A DNA stretch of 64,000 nt. Origin: Octopus sinensis. Taxonomy: Eukaryota. Both the position numbers and the translations under genes were made by a program. Position 1 is the first letter of the stretch, and each line of letters opens with the position of its first letter. Of this stretch, positions 14,301 to 28,300 are shown in pieces. The stretch covers positions 67,704,001 through 67,768,000 of the forward strand of contig NC_042997.1 of assembly GCF_006345805.1 (NCBI RefSeq), given 5' to 3'. The notes beneath the pieces were generated by a model. The model had not been told where the DNA came from, did no database searches, and saw only the letters and a list, made by a program, of their open reading frames with translations.

Positions 14301-14454
14301 ATACCATGTATGCTGTTTTTTTTATCATTTCATCATTATATGTAAACCCCCGCACTTTATGTCTGTCTCTATATTGTCCCCCCTCATCCTTCGCCCTTGT
14401 GGCAAATAAATTAAATCATCATCACCACCATCATCATTATCTTTATCTTTTACT

Positions 14455-15205
14455 TGTACCAGTCATTGGACTATGGTCATGTATGTCAGTTTCTCCTCTA
14501 CCAAATCCACTCACAAGGTTTTGATCAGCCCAGGTATGGTAGAAGACACTTGTTTAAGGTGGCATGCAGTGGAACTGAACCCAGAAACTATATGGTTGGG
14601 AAGCAAGCTTCTTAATCACACATACATGACTCTCTCTTTCTCTCTATATATATTTATCTATTTGTGTGTGTATGTGTGTACATTGATATTGCTGGAGCTG
14701 TGGTAACATTGTCTCCTATAGACAAAAGTGCAGCTATGCTTCTGTATGTAATGATGTGGAATAAAGTACTTTAGTTGAAAAACGAATAAGGTTTGGTATG
14801 AAGAAGGGCATCCAGCTGCAGAATACTACCTCAAAATGTTTCTAACTCATGCTGACATTAAAAAAAAGCAGATGTAGAAACATTGCTGCTTGTGTTCCAA
14901 TAGGTAGATAAATTAGTATTACTGTTTCCTTTCCACATGTGATTATATTCTTTTATTCTACACGTTTCAGTCATTTGACTGTGACCATGCTGGAGCACCA
15001 CCTTAAAGGGTTGTAGTCAAAGAAATCGACAAACACACACGCACACACATGACAGGCTTCTTTCAGTTTTTGTCTACCAAATCCACTCACATGGCTTTGG
15101 CCAGCCTGAGGCTATTGTAGAAGACACTTGCCCAAGGTGCCACGCAGTGGGACTGAACCCAGAACCATGAAGTTGGGAAGCAAGCTTCATACAACACAGT
15201 CATGC
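14455..15205 (-). mobile_element. two SINE family A copies (14455-14625, 14965-15205)
   Basis: ccaaatccactcaca...gaagacacttg...gggaagcaagctt motifs. Confidence 0.75.
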
Positions 15206-16408
15206 CTACACCTATATTAGCTCTTCCTGAGAAACTCTTCTGCCCTTGGGAAGGTTTTATTTTTAATCCTTCTGGGTATTGTTCTCATTCAATAAATTTA
15301 TTGAAATGGTGCTGGTGGTTTCTAGTGATCAATCACCTAACCATGTGGCAGGTAGTACTAGGTTACATGACACCAACAGTTATTTGACTTTATCTCACTA
15401 GCAATATGTTGAAAATAATTTCTCCACCCCTCCCCTTCTGTCACATTCATTTTTCTCTCTCTCTCTCTCTTTCTATCCCTCTCCCTTCTCTCACTTCAGG
15501 TTCTTTTTTCTACAGGTCTAGTACAATGGCTGGATTGCTCTTTAATCTTGTTTTGGATCATTTTGCATCTGCTTTTGGCAATTGTTCTTTAGCGCTTATC
15601 AAGTAGACCACCCTTGATCAATCAACTCTCTCATCAGAGGTGTTGCACTTGTGATGGCATCCTTTGTTCTTATTTTCAGACATAATGTACCTAGGAGTAC
15701 ATTATCCAATTGATCTTTTTTAAGACAGTAGGGCTTGATTTAAGTGATATTTGGCCACTATTTCTAGCAGGTTAGATGGCTTTATTGAGGCTCCCTTGGT
15801 GGTGATGGTGTGTAGGCATTTGTTATTACTTAACTTCAGTTGGCACTGCTTGAACAAACCTATAGAATGAAATGAGTTCCCTAAATGTGGTCTATCCCAA
15901 TTTTATTGTGGTTGGGGTATTGCTATAACTCTAGGATTTTAAAATTTGCACTGGTTCCCTTTTCCAAGAGAGTAGTGAGTTTGTTGTGTGGGAGACGTAG
16001 GTTGGCTACATTCAGTAGGTTAAGTAATTAAGTTTTATTGTTGTTTTATAAAGCCAGCAGCTGGTGAAAGATGGTGGAGATGATGATGATGGTGTTTGTG
16101 TTGCTATTGGTAATATTGAGTTGTCCCAAATCAACTTTGCTGAAGCATTCCAATGACATATTTGCTGACCAAATATTCTAGAGCTGGGGACAACTTGAGC
16201 AAATCTCTGACATCTAAAATATAATCTTTACAACTGCCTTTTGACCGTTACAGGACCCATTTCTCCTCATCTCCCCTATCTCCTTTCATCATCGTTTGTA
16301 TTTTAGGGGACTTAAAAAACATTTCATTACCAGACATGATTTGTACAGGTCTGTTTTTATTTGCTTACTTATTAATGTTGTTTTATTGTTTTGTGTTTAT
16401 TTAACCAG

Positions 16409-16518
16409 GACATACTTGGAAATTGGAAAAAATGTGTTGCTTTGTGTCGGCAGAATTTAGAAAATGGGAAGAGTGTTGTGATAGACAACACAAATCCTGA
16501 TAGGGAGTCACGTAAACG
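16409..16518 (+). CDS. PNKP: PNKP coding exon (IDNTNPD motif)
   Basis: ttaaccag|GAC ATA CTT...CGT AAA CG|gtcagt; DILGNWKKCVALCRQNLENGKSVVIDNTNPDRESRK(R). Confidence 0.93.
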
Positions 16519-19500
16519 GTCAGTTGAATTTTTATATATATGTTTGCCTCTGTATATGTATGTTGCATATACATGTATGCCATATGCATGCTCTCTCTCT
16601 CTCTCTTTCACTATATTCTGTTATTTGTTTCAGTCATTAGACTGCAGCCATGCTGGAGCACCGCCTTGAAATGTTTTGGTTGAACAGTCAACCCCTGGAT
16701 TTATTCTTTCATAAGCCTAGTACTTATTCCATTGGTTTCTTTTGCCAAACTGTCAATTTATGGTGACGTAAACACACCAACATTGGTTGTCAAGCAATGG
16801 TAGAGGGACAAACACAGACACAAACACACACACACACACACCACACACACACACACACACACATATACACATATATATATATATATGTATCTTCGACAGA
16901 CTTCTTTCAGTTTCTGTCTACCAAATCTACTCATAAGGCTTTGGTTGGCCCAATGTTATAGTAGAAGACACTTGTCCAATGTGCCACACACCAATTAATT
17001 AAAGTTAATGCATTAATTGTAGTTGTAATATTGTTATACAACCAATAAATTTTAGTGAATCTTCATCTCTTTCAAACAGTTTAAGTGTTTCTGAATACTA
17101 TATTCTGAACCTAAAATTGTTTTGCTCTCCACACAGTTGACCAGTATTGTGGCACAACATGTAGATAGGATAATACAGCTGTTGTTGGACATTATAAACA
17201 TATTTTCAATAGCTTTCAAATACTTAAGAATGATATTATCATTTAGAATCGTTAATTGCTTGTTATCTAACATTCTGGAATGGCCTTCACATTCTTTCAG
17301 TTCTTTAATATCATTTTGTCTCAAGTGTTTCGAAAGAAATGGGATAGAGAAATATGTTTCTTGCTTTCCATTTACCTCACATGAAAGTAGAACCAAATAG
17401 CTATCAGCTAATGTATTAAAAACCTTTTTCCTCATTTTTATATTGTAAACTTTATTTTATTATGAAAGTGGTGAAATGGATGTGTGGATAAGATATTAGA
17501 CAACTGATTCATATCTGCTGTTTGTGTAATATGTAATCCATGGGGTCTCAAAGCCATCCCACTCTCAGATATAATCCCACTCAGTTGAGCGTTCTTTCTG
17601 CTTTTCTTTCTTGCAAGTTACTTAGCAACCTCACTAGTGCAAATGTCATGAAAAAAAAAAGCACCCAGCACACACTTAAGTGTGTGGTTAGTGTTAGGAA
17701 GGGAATCCAGCTATAGAAACCATGTCAAAGTTGATATTGGGGCCTGACATAGTCCTGCTGTTTGTCAGATCCTGTCAATCCAACTCATGCCAACATGGAA
17801 AACATGCTAAATGATGATGATGCAGAAGGTACCAGATCTGAGGACAAACTATAATAGACTGGTGTTCCATCAAGAGAATGGTTTGTCTCTTGTATGCTTA
17901 ACCCTTTAGCATTTAAACCAGCCATATCTGCTCAAAATATTCTATCTGTTTTCTATTCCCACCAGCCATATCTGACCTCTCATGCCTACCTTACATTGTG
18001 ATTTTAAAAATAAATAATCACATAGCATGGAGAGAGCCTTTGACAGGGTCCCCTGATTCCTTATCTGGTGGTTAATGTAGAAACTAGGGATAGATAAGTG
18101 GTTGGTGAGAGCTGTACAAGCCATGTACAGGGATGCTATCAGTTAGGTGAGGGCTGACAAGTACAGTGAAGAATTCTGGGTAGGAGTAGGGGTTCACCAA
18201 GGATCAGTCCACAGCCCCTCTTATTCAGCACAGTCCTCCAGGCAATAACAGAGGAATTCAAGACAGGCTACCCCTGGGAGCTCTTCTGTGCTAATGACCT
18301 TGCTCTAATAGCTGAGTCATTACCAGAACTAGAGGAGAAATTTCAGGTGTGGAAGCAAGGTCTAGAAATTGAAGGGCCTTAGAGTTAATTTAATAATAAG
18401 TAGGAAGGCAGACAAAGATAAGTAGGAAGGCAAACTAATCACAAATCCCTTCAAGTAGATGGTCCTGCTCGATCTGTAGAAAAGGTATAGGTAGAAACTG
18501 CATAAGATGCACCCAGTGTAAGCTATGGACACAAGAGGTGCAGCTATATCTAAGGAAGTTTAACAAGGAAGATAGTTTTTGTGTGTGGCAGATGCACAGG
18601 GGCAATAAACATTGAAGATGTACAGAAAACAGATTCCATCATATGCCAGGGGAAAAAACTAGTAGTTGATAGCTTCCAGTACCTAGGTGACCAAGTCAGT
18701 AGCAGGGGAGGATGCTCTGGGAGCATAGCTGTTAGAATAAGAATAGCCTGGGCAAAGTTCAGAACTCTTACTTCTGCTGGTAACAAAGACCCTCTTGCTC
18801 AGAGTGAAAGGTAGACTATATGATACCTGTGTGTGAACAGCCATGCTACACAGCAGTGGCAAATGGGCTGTGACTGCTAAGGACATGCATAGGCTTGCAA
18901 GAAATGAAGCTGGTATGCTCTGCTGGATGTGCAATGTCAGTGTGCATACACTACATAAGAAGCATCAGATGTTATGTACAAGTGAGATGACTGCACTGGT
19001 ATGATCATGTGTTGCATATGGATGAGGACAGCTGTGTGAAGAAGTGTCACATCCTAACAGTGGAGGGAACCTGTGGAAGAGGTAGACCCAGAAAGATCTG
19101 GGATAAGGTGGTGAAGCATGACCTTTGAATGTTGGGTCTCATGGAGGCAATGACAAACAGCTAAAACATTTGGAGATATGCTGTGCTTGAGAAGACCTGG
19201 CAAGCCAAAAGAGATTGTAGCTGTGGCCGATGCCAGTGTTACATAAATGGCCCATTTAAAAGTACCCTTCAATTGTTGAGCAAATATGCTGTGCTTGAGA
19301 AAACCTGTCGAGTCAAGTGAAATTGATACCAGTGCTACCTGACTGGCACTCTTGCTGGTGGCACGTAAAAGGCACCATTCGAGCGTAGCTGATGCTAGTG
19401 TCGGTGACACATAAAAAGCATCATTTGAACATGGTTGATGGCAGTGCCGCCTGACTGACACCTGTGCTGGTGGCACATAAAAAGCATCATTTGAGCATGG

Positions 19501-20374
19501 TCGATGCCAGTGGTGCCTGACTGGCCCCCCCCCCCGCACCAGTGGCATGTAAAAACGCCCACTACACTCTCGGAGTGGTTGGTGTTAGGAAGTGCATCCA
19601 GCTGTAGAAACTTTGGCGGAACAGATTGGAGCCTGGTGCAACCTCCTGGCTTGTCAGTCCTCAGTAAAACAGTCCAACTCATGCCAGCATGGAAAGCAGA
19701 TGCTAAACGATGATGATGATGATATCAAAATCTCAAAGCTATGAAATTATTAATGATTAATTCAAACCTTTGTGAATAAATAAGCATGATATTTGACAGA
19801 ATAATCTGAATGCTAAAGGGTTAAGACTGTTACAGGTTCTAGAATTAAACTCCATTGTTATGAACCTTTGTAGCAAATGTTGACATCACCTCTATATTAT
19901 AGTAACTGATGTTGTTAAATGTTCAATTATTTCTGACTTTCCATTATTTTTTAATTTGCAATTCAGAGTTCCTGTGAAAAGTAAAAATTAAGAAAACCAC
20001 TTTGATTTATTTTACAGCATTATGAGAAGCCTTGTTGATTGTAAATCCTACTAAATCCTCTGTAATCTCATCTTGCATTTAATTAATTCTCTATTCTAAT
20101 TCAAGTTCCTCTTAACAAGAGTTAGTATTTTTCAGCTAGTCCTATCAAGCTTGTCAAGATTTCTTAATCAAATGTTGTTGTTATTAATTGTTGTATAGTT
20201 TTCATCATCTGTGCTTTTATGGTTGATGAGTGTAGTTGGTTAAACGAAACATTTGATTAAAATTTCTTGTGGCTCGGTGGGTTAGTGGCCTCAATTTAGT
20301 GATTTGCAGTGTCAGTTAGAAACAACTCATGACAATGAATAAATACTTTGTATTATCAATTGGAATATTTGGCT

Positions 20375-20405
<31 letters not shown>

Positions 20406-22498
20406 CAAAGTGCTTGCAGTTTAATATCTTACGTAACGACTTTCTACAATCTTCAATCATGATATTTTGATCTGTAAAAGATTAAGACAGAATTATTAAT
20501 GTTAACAAGCAGCTGGGTCCTTTGATTTTACAAACATTGGTTACAATTTCAAAATTTGTTTGTTGTTGTAGAGATAGCCATGCATTTGTGATGAATTGTT
20601 AAACTGGTTATAATGCTCTAATGATGTAAATATATGTAAGAGTGTGAATGATAAAGTAGCAGATAAACAGCTGAGACATATCTTGGGGTATATTTGTGTT
20701 CAAGATTGTTAATTCTCAACAGCTGAGCCCATCTAACTCTTAGTTGATTGTTGTTATTTAGCCCCAGGTTAAACTTGATTGCGTAGGTATATAATCAAAA
20801 GCTAAAACCATTCTGTCTGTATGAGGTCATGTAAAACTATATTTCCTAATGTATCCTTTTGTTATTTAAGATGTTAGGGTGTGATTTGAGGGGGATTGGT
20901 GGACTATTTCTAGCAGTTGAATGATATTGAGGCTCTTTTATTGGCTTGATCTTTTATCATTCTGTCAAAATACAATGTCTTTGTTTCAACAAATTTTGAA
21001 AATAATGTAGTAGTAAAATGACTCATTATTAAGATATCTTTAAGGCAGTGAGCTGGCAGAATTGTTGGCATGCCAGGTGAAATACTTAGCAGTATTTCCT
21101 TTGTCTTTATGTTCTAAGTTCAAATATCGCTGGGGTTGACCTTTCCTTTCATCTTTTCGGGGTCAACAAAATAAATACCAGTTTAGTACTGGGGTTGATG
21201 TAATCAACTATTTCCCTCATCGAAATTTCGGGCCTTGCGTGTATAGTAGAAAGGATTATTAAGATATCTTGAACATAAAAGAGCATGACATTTTGGTGGA
21301 AGGTTGTACTTTAGGTCATTTGAAAATAAAAAATTTGTGTTATAGATCCAGAGGTGGTGTTGGGTGGCTTGGTATGAAAAGAGTCAAGTAGGTGGTGAAG
21401 TATACAACTGCTTGTGACAGCATACTTCACTGCTACGAATATTTATTGGCTTCAAATTTTGGCAGCAACTTATGGGGTGGGAGAAAGTTAATTACATCAA
21501 TCCCAGTGTTCAATAGGTACTTATTTTATTGACCCAGAAAGATGAAAGGCAAAGTTGACCTTGGTGGAATGTGAACTCAGAACATAATGGCAGATAAAAT
21601 GCCGCTAACCATTTTGCCCGGAGTGCTAACAATTCTGTCTCTCGCCACCAAAATAGTAGATATATTAGTTGACTGGTGAATTCAATTAATCCTACTGGTT
21701 GAATATACATCTTGTAGAGCTTCCACTGACTGAGTTGATAAGATATAACTTTAATATTATGGGGTTAGCATTTATGCATTGAGTTATTGAAGATGAATGA
21801 ATTTATGCATTGAGTTAGTGAAGATGAATGAATAAATGCTTGAATGAACTTAATATTAATTGTTTCTTTATAGGTACATAGATATTGCAAAGCAATTGTG
21901 CATTCCATGTCGCTGTTTTCATTTCGATGTGTCTCTTAACCATGCCCGACACAATGAAAAGGTAAGGAGAATATTTAATGAAAAATTTCATGGATGAATA
22001 AGGTTACTGCTATAATTCAAATTTTCACTTATGTCATAAAAGCTAGGAAGATGAATGAAAGATAGTAGCATCATGGAAACTTACTGTGCTATGCATTATT
22101 AGCTGAAGTGGAGACTTTTATAGCAAGTGTGTGTATAATTAGTATGCATGTATTTCATTGTTGTTTATATGTTCATTTTCCATGCTGATATGGGTTGGAT
22201 GAGGCTTTTTCTTAAGGCAGTTTTTTGTGGTTGGATGTCCTTCCTCCTGCCACCTCATTTATTGTCTCTTATAACACATAGAGATATAGCATCCCTATTC
22301 TAAAAACTAGGGCAGATATGGAAATCTATATTTTTTCAGTGATTTTTCTCACTGAATTGTGGCCATGCTGGGGCATTAACCTTATGAGTATTTTGATCCT
22401 ATTGATCCTATTTTTTATTTAATCAAAACCCTAAATTGTTTTTTGACACTTCATCCGTTTTACACCAGTAAACATAAACATAGACATATATACCCACT

Positions 22499-22533
<35 letters not shown>

Positions 22534-23469
22534 GAATATGTATGAGATGGGTTTTTGCACAGTTCCTGTGTATCCACTCAGAAGGTAGTGGTCATTGATA
22601 GACCTCAGCTGGCGCTAGAAAACTCTTGTCTATGATACAGTAGGATCTATCCAGGAACTTTGTAGTTATGATGCAAATTTTATAACCGCATAGTTTTCTT
22701 TACACCTCAGGCATGACTTGTATGATCGAAAAGTCAGCTTCCCAACCACATGATTTCAGGTTCAGCCCTACTGTGTGAGCCAACCAAATCTTTGTGAGTG
22801 GATTTGGTTGGTGAAGACTGAAAGAAGCCTGTGAAGTCATCTTTCCCTTGTCTTTACATTTGTTTATTGGTTGTAGACACTTACTTCATTGATGGTGTCA
22901 GACCTCATCATTTGCTTGCAATTCTTCATGGAAACATGTTCAGGCTTCTTGTCATGTCTTCTTGACATGCACAGTCTTTGTAAACAAAAGGCTCATTCAT
23001 ATGGTGTGATTTGTTCACAGCTCTGTATAAACATGTCTGGGCTGTTTGTTGTTTGACAGACTAAGAAATTATTATGTTGCTTGGAAACAGATGGGTTTGG
23101 TACAACAAAGGGCATCTGGCTTTAGGAAATCTTTTGCTCTATTGTACTTATGTCTGACCCTTGCAAGCATGGAAAAGTAGATGTTAAATACAATAACGAT
23201 GTTATGTGTGTGTGTTTACATCTGTAGTCTATGAAAGTCACTAAGAGGAGTAGTATTGTCACTTCTGTCAACAAATTGTCTATATATTTTGCACTTTTGA
23301 AAATGAGTGAAATAAGAGATCCCTAATTTGAAAAACAGGTAAAGGTTAATGATAGGAATGACATCCAACTGTAAAACAATGCTTCATAATGTATTCCTCT
23401 AACTCATAATTGCATGGAAAAATGAAAAATGGACATAAAATGAAAGAACAAATGAAAATATATATATAT

Positions 23470-23506
<37 letters not shown>

Positions 23507-25344
23507 GCATGCACAAGAGTGGCTGTTTATTAGGAAGTTTGCTTCCCAACTACATGGTTCTGGGTTCAGTCCCACTGCATGTCACACTGGGTAAGCGTCT
23601 TCTATAGCCTCAGGCCAGCCAAAGTCTTGTGAGTGGATTTGGTAGATGTAAACTGAAAAGAAGCCCATTGTATACATACATACATACATATATATATATA
23701 TATATTATATATATATATAATATATATATATATATGTGTGTATGTGTGTTTGTTTGTGTTGTCTCCCCCCAATCACCACTTGACAACCAGTGTTAGTGTG
23801 TTTACATCCCCTTAACTTATCATATTCCATATATTTTGCATCAGACCGTGACCTAGTTTTGGCCCACTTCTTTGTTATTCAGTTTTTCAGACTGAAAAAT
23901 TTGTTAACACTAAATTAGCTTTGGTGGGATTTGAACTCAGAGCAAGCTGTTCAGTGATACAGTCTATCAAGATATCAACAAATAAAACATTTCTCTTAAC
24001 AATTTATAGAAAGATCCCCTTTGGTCATCAATGACCATGGGATTGCACCTACAAAATTACCCTCTGAGGCACAAGTCTGGGCAAGGTTGTTTATGGAAGA
24101 CCAACAGTCGCCCATGCATACTAGTCTCTCCTCTCCATGACACTGATGTTATCCAAGGGAAAGGCAAAGGCTGATCCAGCTTGGCACCAGTGATATCACA
24201 ACTCATTTCTAAAACTGAATGAACTGGAGCAACATGAAATAAAGTATCTTGCTCAAGAACACAAAACACAGTCTAGTCTAGGAATTGAACACACTACCTC
24301 ATGGATGTGAGCTCAACACTCTAACCACTGGCCCATGCAAAAATATATTAAAATTTAAACAAAAGAGCAAAATTATTCAATCAATGTTAGAATTAGAATT
24401 AAAATATTTGCTGTAGGATTATTACAAAAAATAAAGTAAATAAAAATAAAAATATATTTAATTATGGAATCATGGAATTATCTCACCTGTAAAGATGATT
24501 TTTGCTTTGCTTATGGTTTGAGACAAAATCAGATATCAGAAGTAAAAATTGAAGAGTAAGACCTTAGATAGAAAATGATAAATGTATTTTTTTCATGTCA
24601 CATTTTCTGTAGGCAAAAATTGTCTTAAGGTTTTCTGTAAATAAAATGACAGTTTTGATTAATAGAAACAGACCAAAATCAATACCTTGCATTTCAAATG
24701 AGGCTGGGTGTACAGGAGTAGAGTGTAGACTAAAGAAGATCTACACCATATGCTCGTTAATTACTTCAAAGAAATTGCCATGCATTTGTGTTATGAGTTC
24801 AGCTTTACATTTTATAACCAGAAGTTGTGTATATTATGTATGATTGAGATGAGTGGAGACTAACATCGAGTACAGGGGCATTAAGTAGAAATATTAGTTT
24901 TTATTTTTTCTTATGGCATAGCAACATTCAATCTCAACTGTTTATTTCACCAGCCTGATCTTTACTGATCCTGGCCATCTCTATTTCAACTCTAGTGGCC
25001 ATTTTGTTCTTCTCACCCACTCATCTCCATGTATCAATCTATGCCTCACCCAATCTGTACCTGTTACACCCCAACCACTCCTCCCTCACTTCTGATTACA
25101 GTACTACTGCTCAGCTGCTGTAATTATATGAGAGTGACTGCTCATATTCCTTCCCCTTTTTTTGTGCTACCAGTAATCCCATTGCCTGGAACCACTCTCC
25201 TTGTCAGCCATCCCACACTCCTAATGTCATCCCTTACCACTATGTGTCCACCGAATACGCATTTCACCTGAACACTCTTGTCATTTATCTGATCCTCACT
25301 ACTGCTAATGAGACTAAGATGTTTACTAGCAATGAAATCATGAG

Positions 25345-25397
<53 letters not shown>

Positions 25398-28300
25398 GTT
25401 GGAGCTGGAAATGGTCCTTTGGCTCATCACCAGAGTGGAAGGCAGACAGTAAATGATGCTGATGCAGTTTCGTATAAGTTCATTTGATATTGAATATCAG
25501 CTAAATTGATGGTTGTTGTCATGTTGTATTGTACAGATCAAAAGGTTGCACTGCTGTCCTTTAATAGCTTTGAACAGCTTGTGTGCAATGCTACCATAAT
25601 TAGCATAACAATGACATCACTGTTGTATCATTCTTTTTAAAGTGGAATCTGTTGCTATTCCTTGACATAAGCAACCCTCACTAGTTGTTATTGGTCAATG
25701 TTATCAGCAATCTAAGTAGTTCTTTCATTTATCAACGATACTACAGTTATCATGCGAAAGAATAACAAGATCTTGAGATGTATATAGTAATAACTACAGC
25801 AGCAAAGGCGACGAGCTGGCAGAATCGTTAGCATATTGGGCAAAATGCTTAGTGGCATTTCATCTGTCTTTATGTTTCTTGAGTTCAAATTCTGCTGAGG
25901 TTGCTTTGCCTTTCATTCTTTTGGGGGTCGATAAAATAAGTACCAGCTGAGTATTGGGGCCAGTGTAATTGACTTACCCTCACCCTCGAAATTGCTGGCT
26001 TTGTGCTAAAATTTGAAGCCAATAACTACAACAGCAGCTGGTTGTATGTCCTTACCAGGGTATAACAAGAATGAAATGTTCTTCTCTTATCTATTATAAT
26101 TTACTTATTGTTAAGGTTTGTAAGAAGTGTTAGGTGTCTCTTTATAGTTTAACAATAAAAAAATCCTGTAATGTTTCAGTCTTGGCAATATTTATTTCAA
26201 AATGTTTTTCAGTGTCTCTGACAAACTTCACTTTAACAATAACATTAACAACAACAAGCAAATGCAGTGCTAGGCAGCAATTGTCCATAACATGGATGTC
26301 ATCATAACCCAACAAAATATTAACGATATCAAAATATCCACCTTCTAGTGGAATTCCTCTATCTATAAGTTCAGTTCAGTAACCACTGTCACTAAAAGTT
26401 ACTGGAAATATGAGATTTACCATCTTTTAGGTGTGACAGTTTCATTAAACAAATAATGAATACCTGTGGATTTTCCACAGGTGACACAATCATTCTTTCT
26501 TTATTATTATTTGTGGTACACTGTATTGATAGGTGTTAATTGAATAAAATATGTTTCTCTTTGTTATTTAATAATTAGGAAAAATTGTTGGTACAGGCCA
26601 TTTTGTAATTCACTGTATCCACCTCTGTATATGCCTGACCTCTGTAATTGTGCATCTTCTGTCTCTCCTACACTTCACCTCATCCCCACTACCTACCCAT
26701 CTGGCCACTCCTGATTCTCTGTTCCCTACTCATATTCTCTCTCTACACTTTGAGGGGATGCCCTGACATCTCATCTTTACCATTTTTTCTCCCATCTTTG
26801 CTGGGGTACCCATGTATCTCCTCTATAGCAACACAGCTGTTCCTGTACCCCTACTTTAGCTTCTCACACCTGCCCTACAATTTCATTCTAAAATAAACAA
26901 TCACATCATCAAAGTCTCGAAGTTGTAAGATAATGCATGATTAATTCAAAACAATGTAAATAAATAAATAAATGAATAAATATTACATTTGACAGAGTAA
27001 TCTGAATACTAAAAGGTTGATCAACAGTACTACCATACTCACTGAATTATGGTGTAAGTGGTTGGGTATTCAACAGACACACATCTTCTTAAGATAAGAA
27101 GAAAAAGGATAAAGATCCTTCCCGAGTCATATAGACTCATAAGGCCAGTTTCCCAGCCTCTGCAGTGTATATATTCCCCACTGGATGGGATGCCAATCCA
27201 TCACAGGATTACTCATTTTAGTCAGCTGTGTGAACTGGAAATGAAGTGTTTTGCTCAAGAACACAACATATTGCATGATCCAGGAATTGAAACCACAATC
27301 TTACAATCATGAGTCAAACATCTCTAACCAATAAGCCATGCATTGCCACATTCTTATGATAGACCCCAGGCAGAATCAGCATGATACTACATGCAGGGTG
27401 GTCCTGAAATAACTGAACCCTAATTATTGTTAAAAGTTACAAATAAATGAAACAGAAATTTTTATTTCAGCGGTGGTGCCCCAGCATGGCCGCGGCCTTC
27501 GGGCCAAAACATTTTTAAGGATTTAAGGTTACAGTATATGTTCAAAATGTAAACCATTATTTGCAATACAGTTATGGCATTGTTCAATGGTTGAATCAGT
27601 TACTCTGGCGTAATATCTTGGCATGCATTTAAGAAGTTTTGTTTCAGATCATTGACAGTTTTTGGTTTAGCATTGAACACCTGATTTTTTAATACTCTCC
27701 AGAGAAAGAAGTCCAGAGGACTGAGGTTTGGACTTTGCAGGCCATTTCACAGGTCCGTGGGTGAACAATTAACAATTAGCAATTAGCAATATTCAGTAAA
27801 TTCAGTAGGGTTCGGTTACTTCTGGGCCACCCTGTATGTCAAGGATGGCTCTTTTAATTACTGACACAGTCTATGTAGTGGTTTTCCGTCAACCCATTTT
27901 CCACTTGAGGTTTGTATTGATCCAAGGTGCCTTGCAATGAAATCAAAGCTCGGATCACCTGACTGTAAAAGCAAACTTCATAAACCTTTTAGCCATGCAA
28001 ATGCACATACATCCATACGGATAATATATTTTTTAACATATTTATATTTTTAATACTTTCAGTATCGTGTGATGATTTCTAAAAGCAAACCAATTCCTGA
28101 TATGGTAATGCATTCATATAGGTAAGTTATATTTTCAAGATTATCAGATCATCATGGTTTGGCCATCACCATCGCTTGCCATGAACACTACCACCATCAC
28201 TGTCACCACCACCACCACCACCACTACCACTGTCACTGCTGCTGCCGCTGCCGCCGCCACCACCACACCACCACCATCTTTTTTCTTGTTTATTTGTTCT

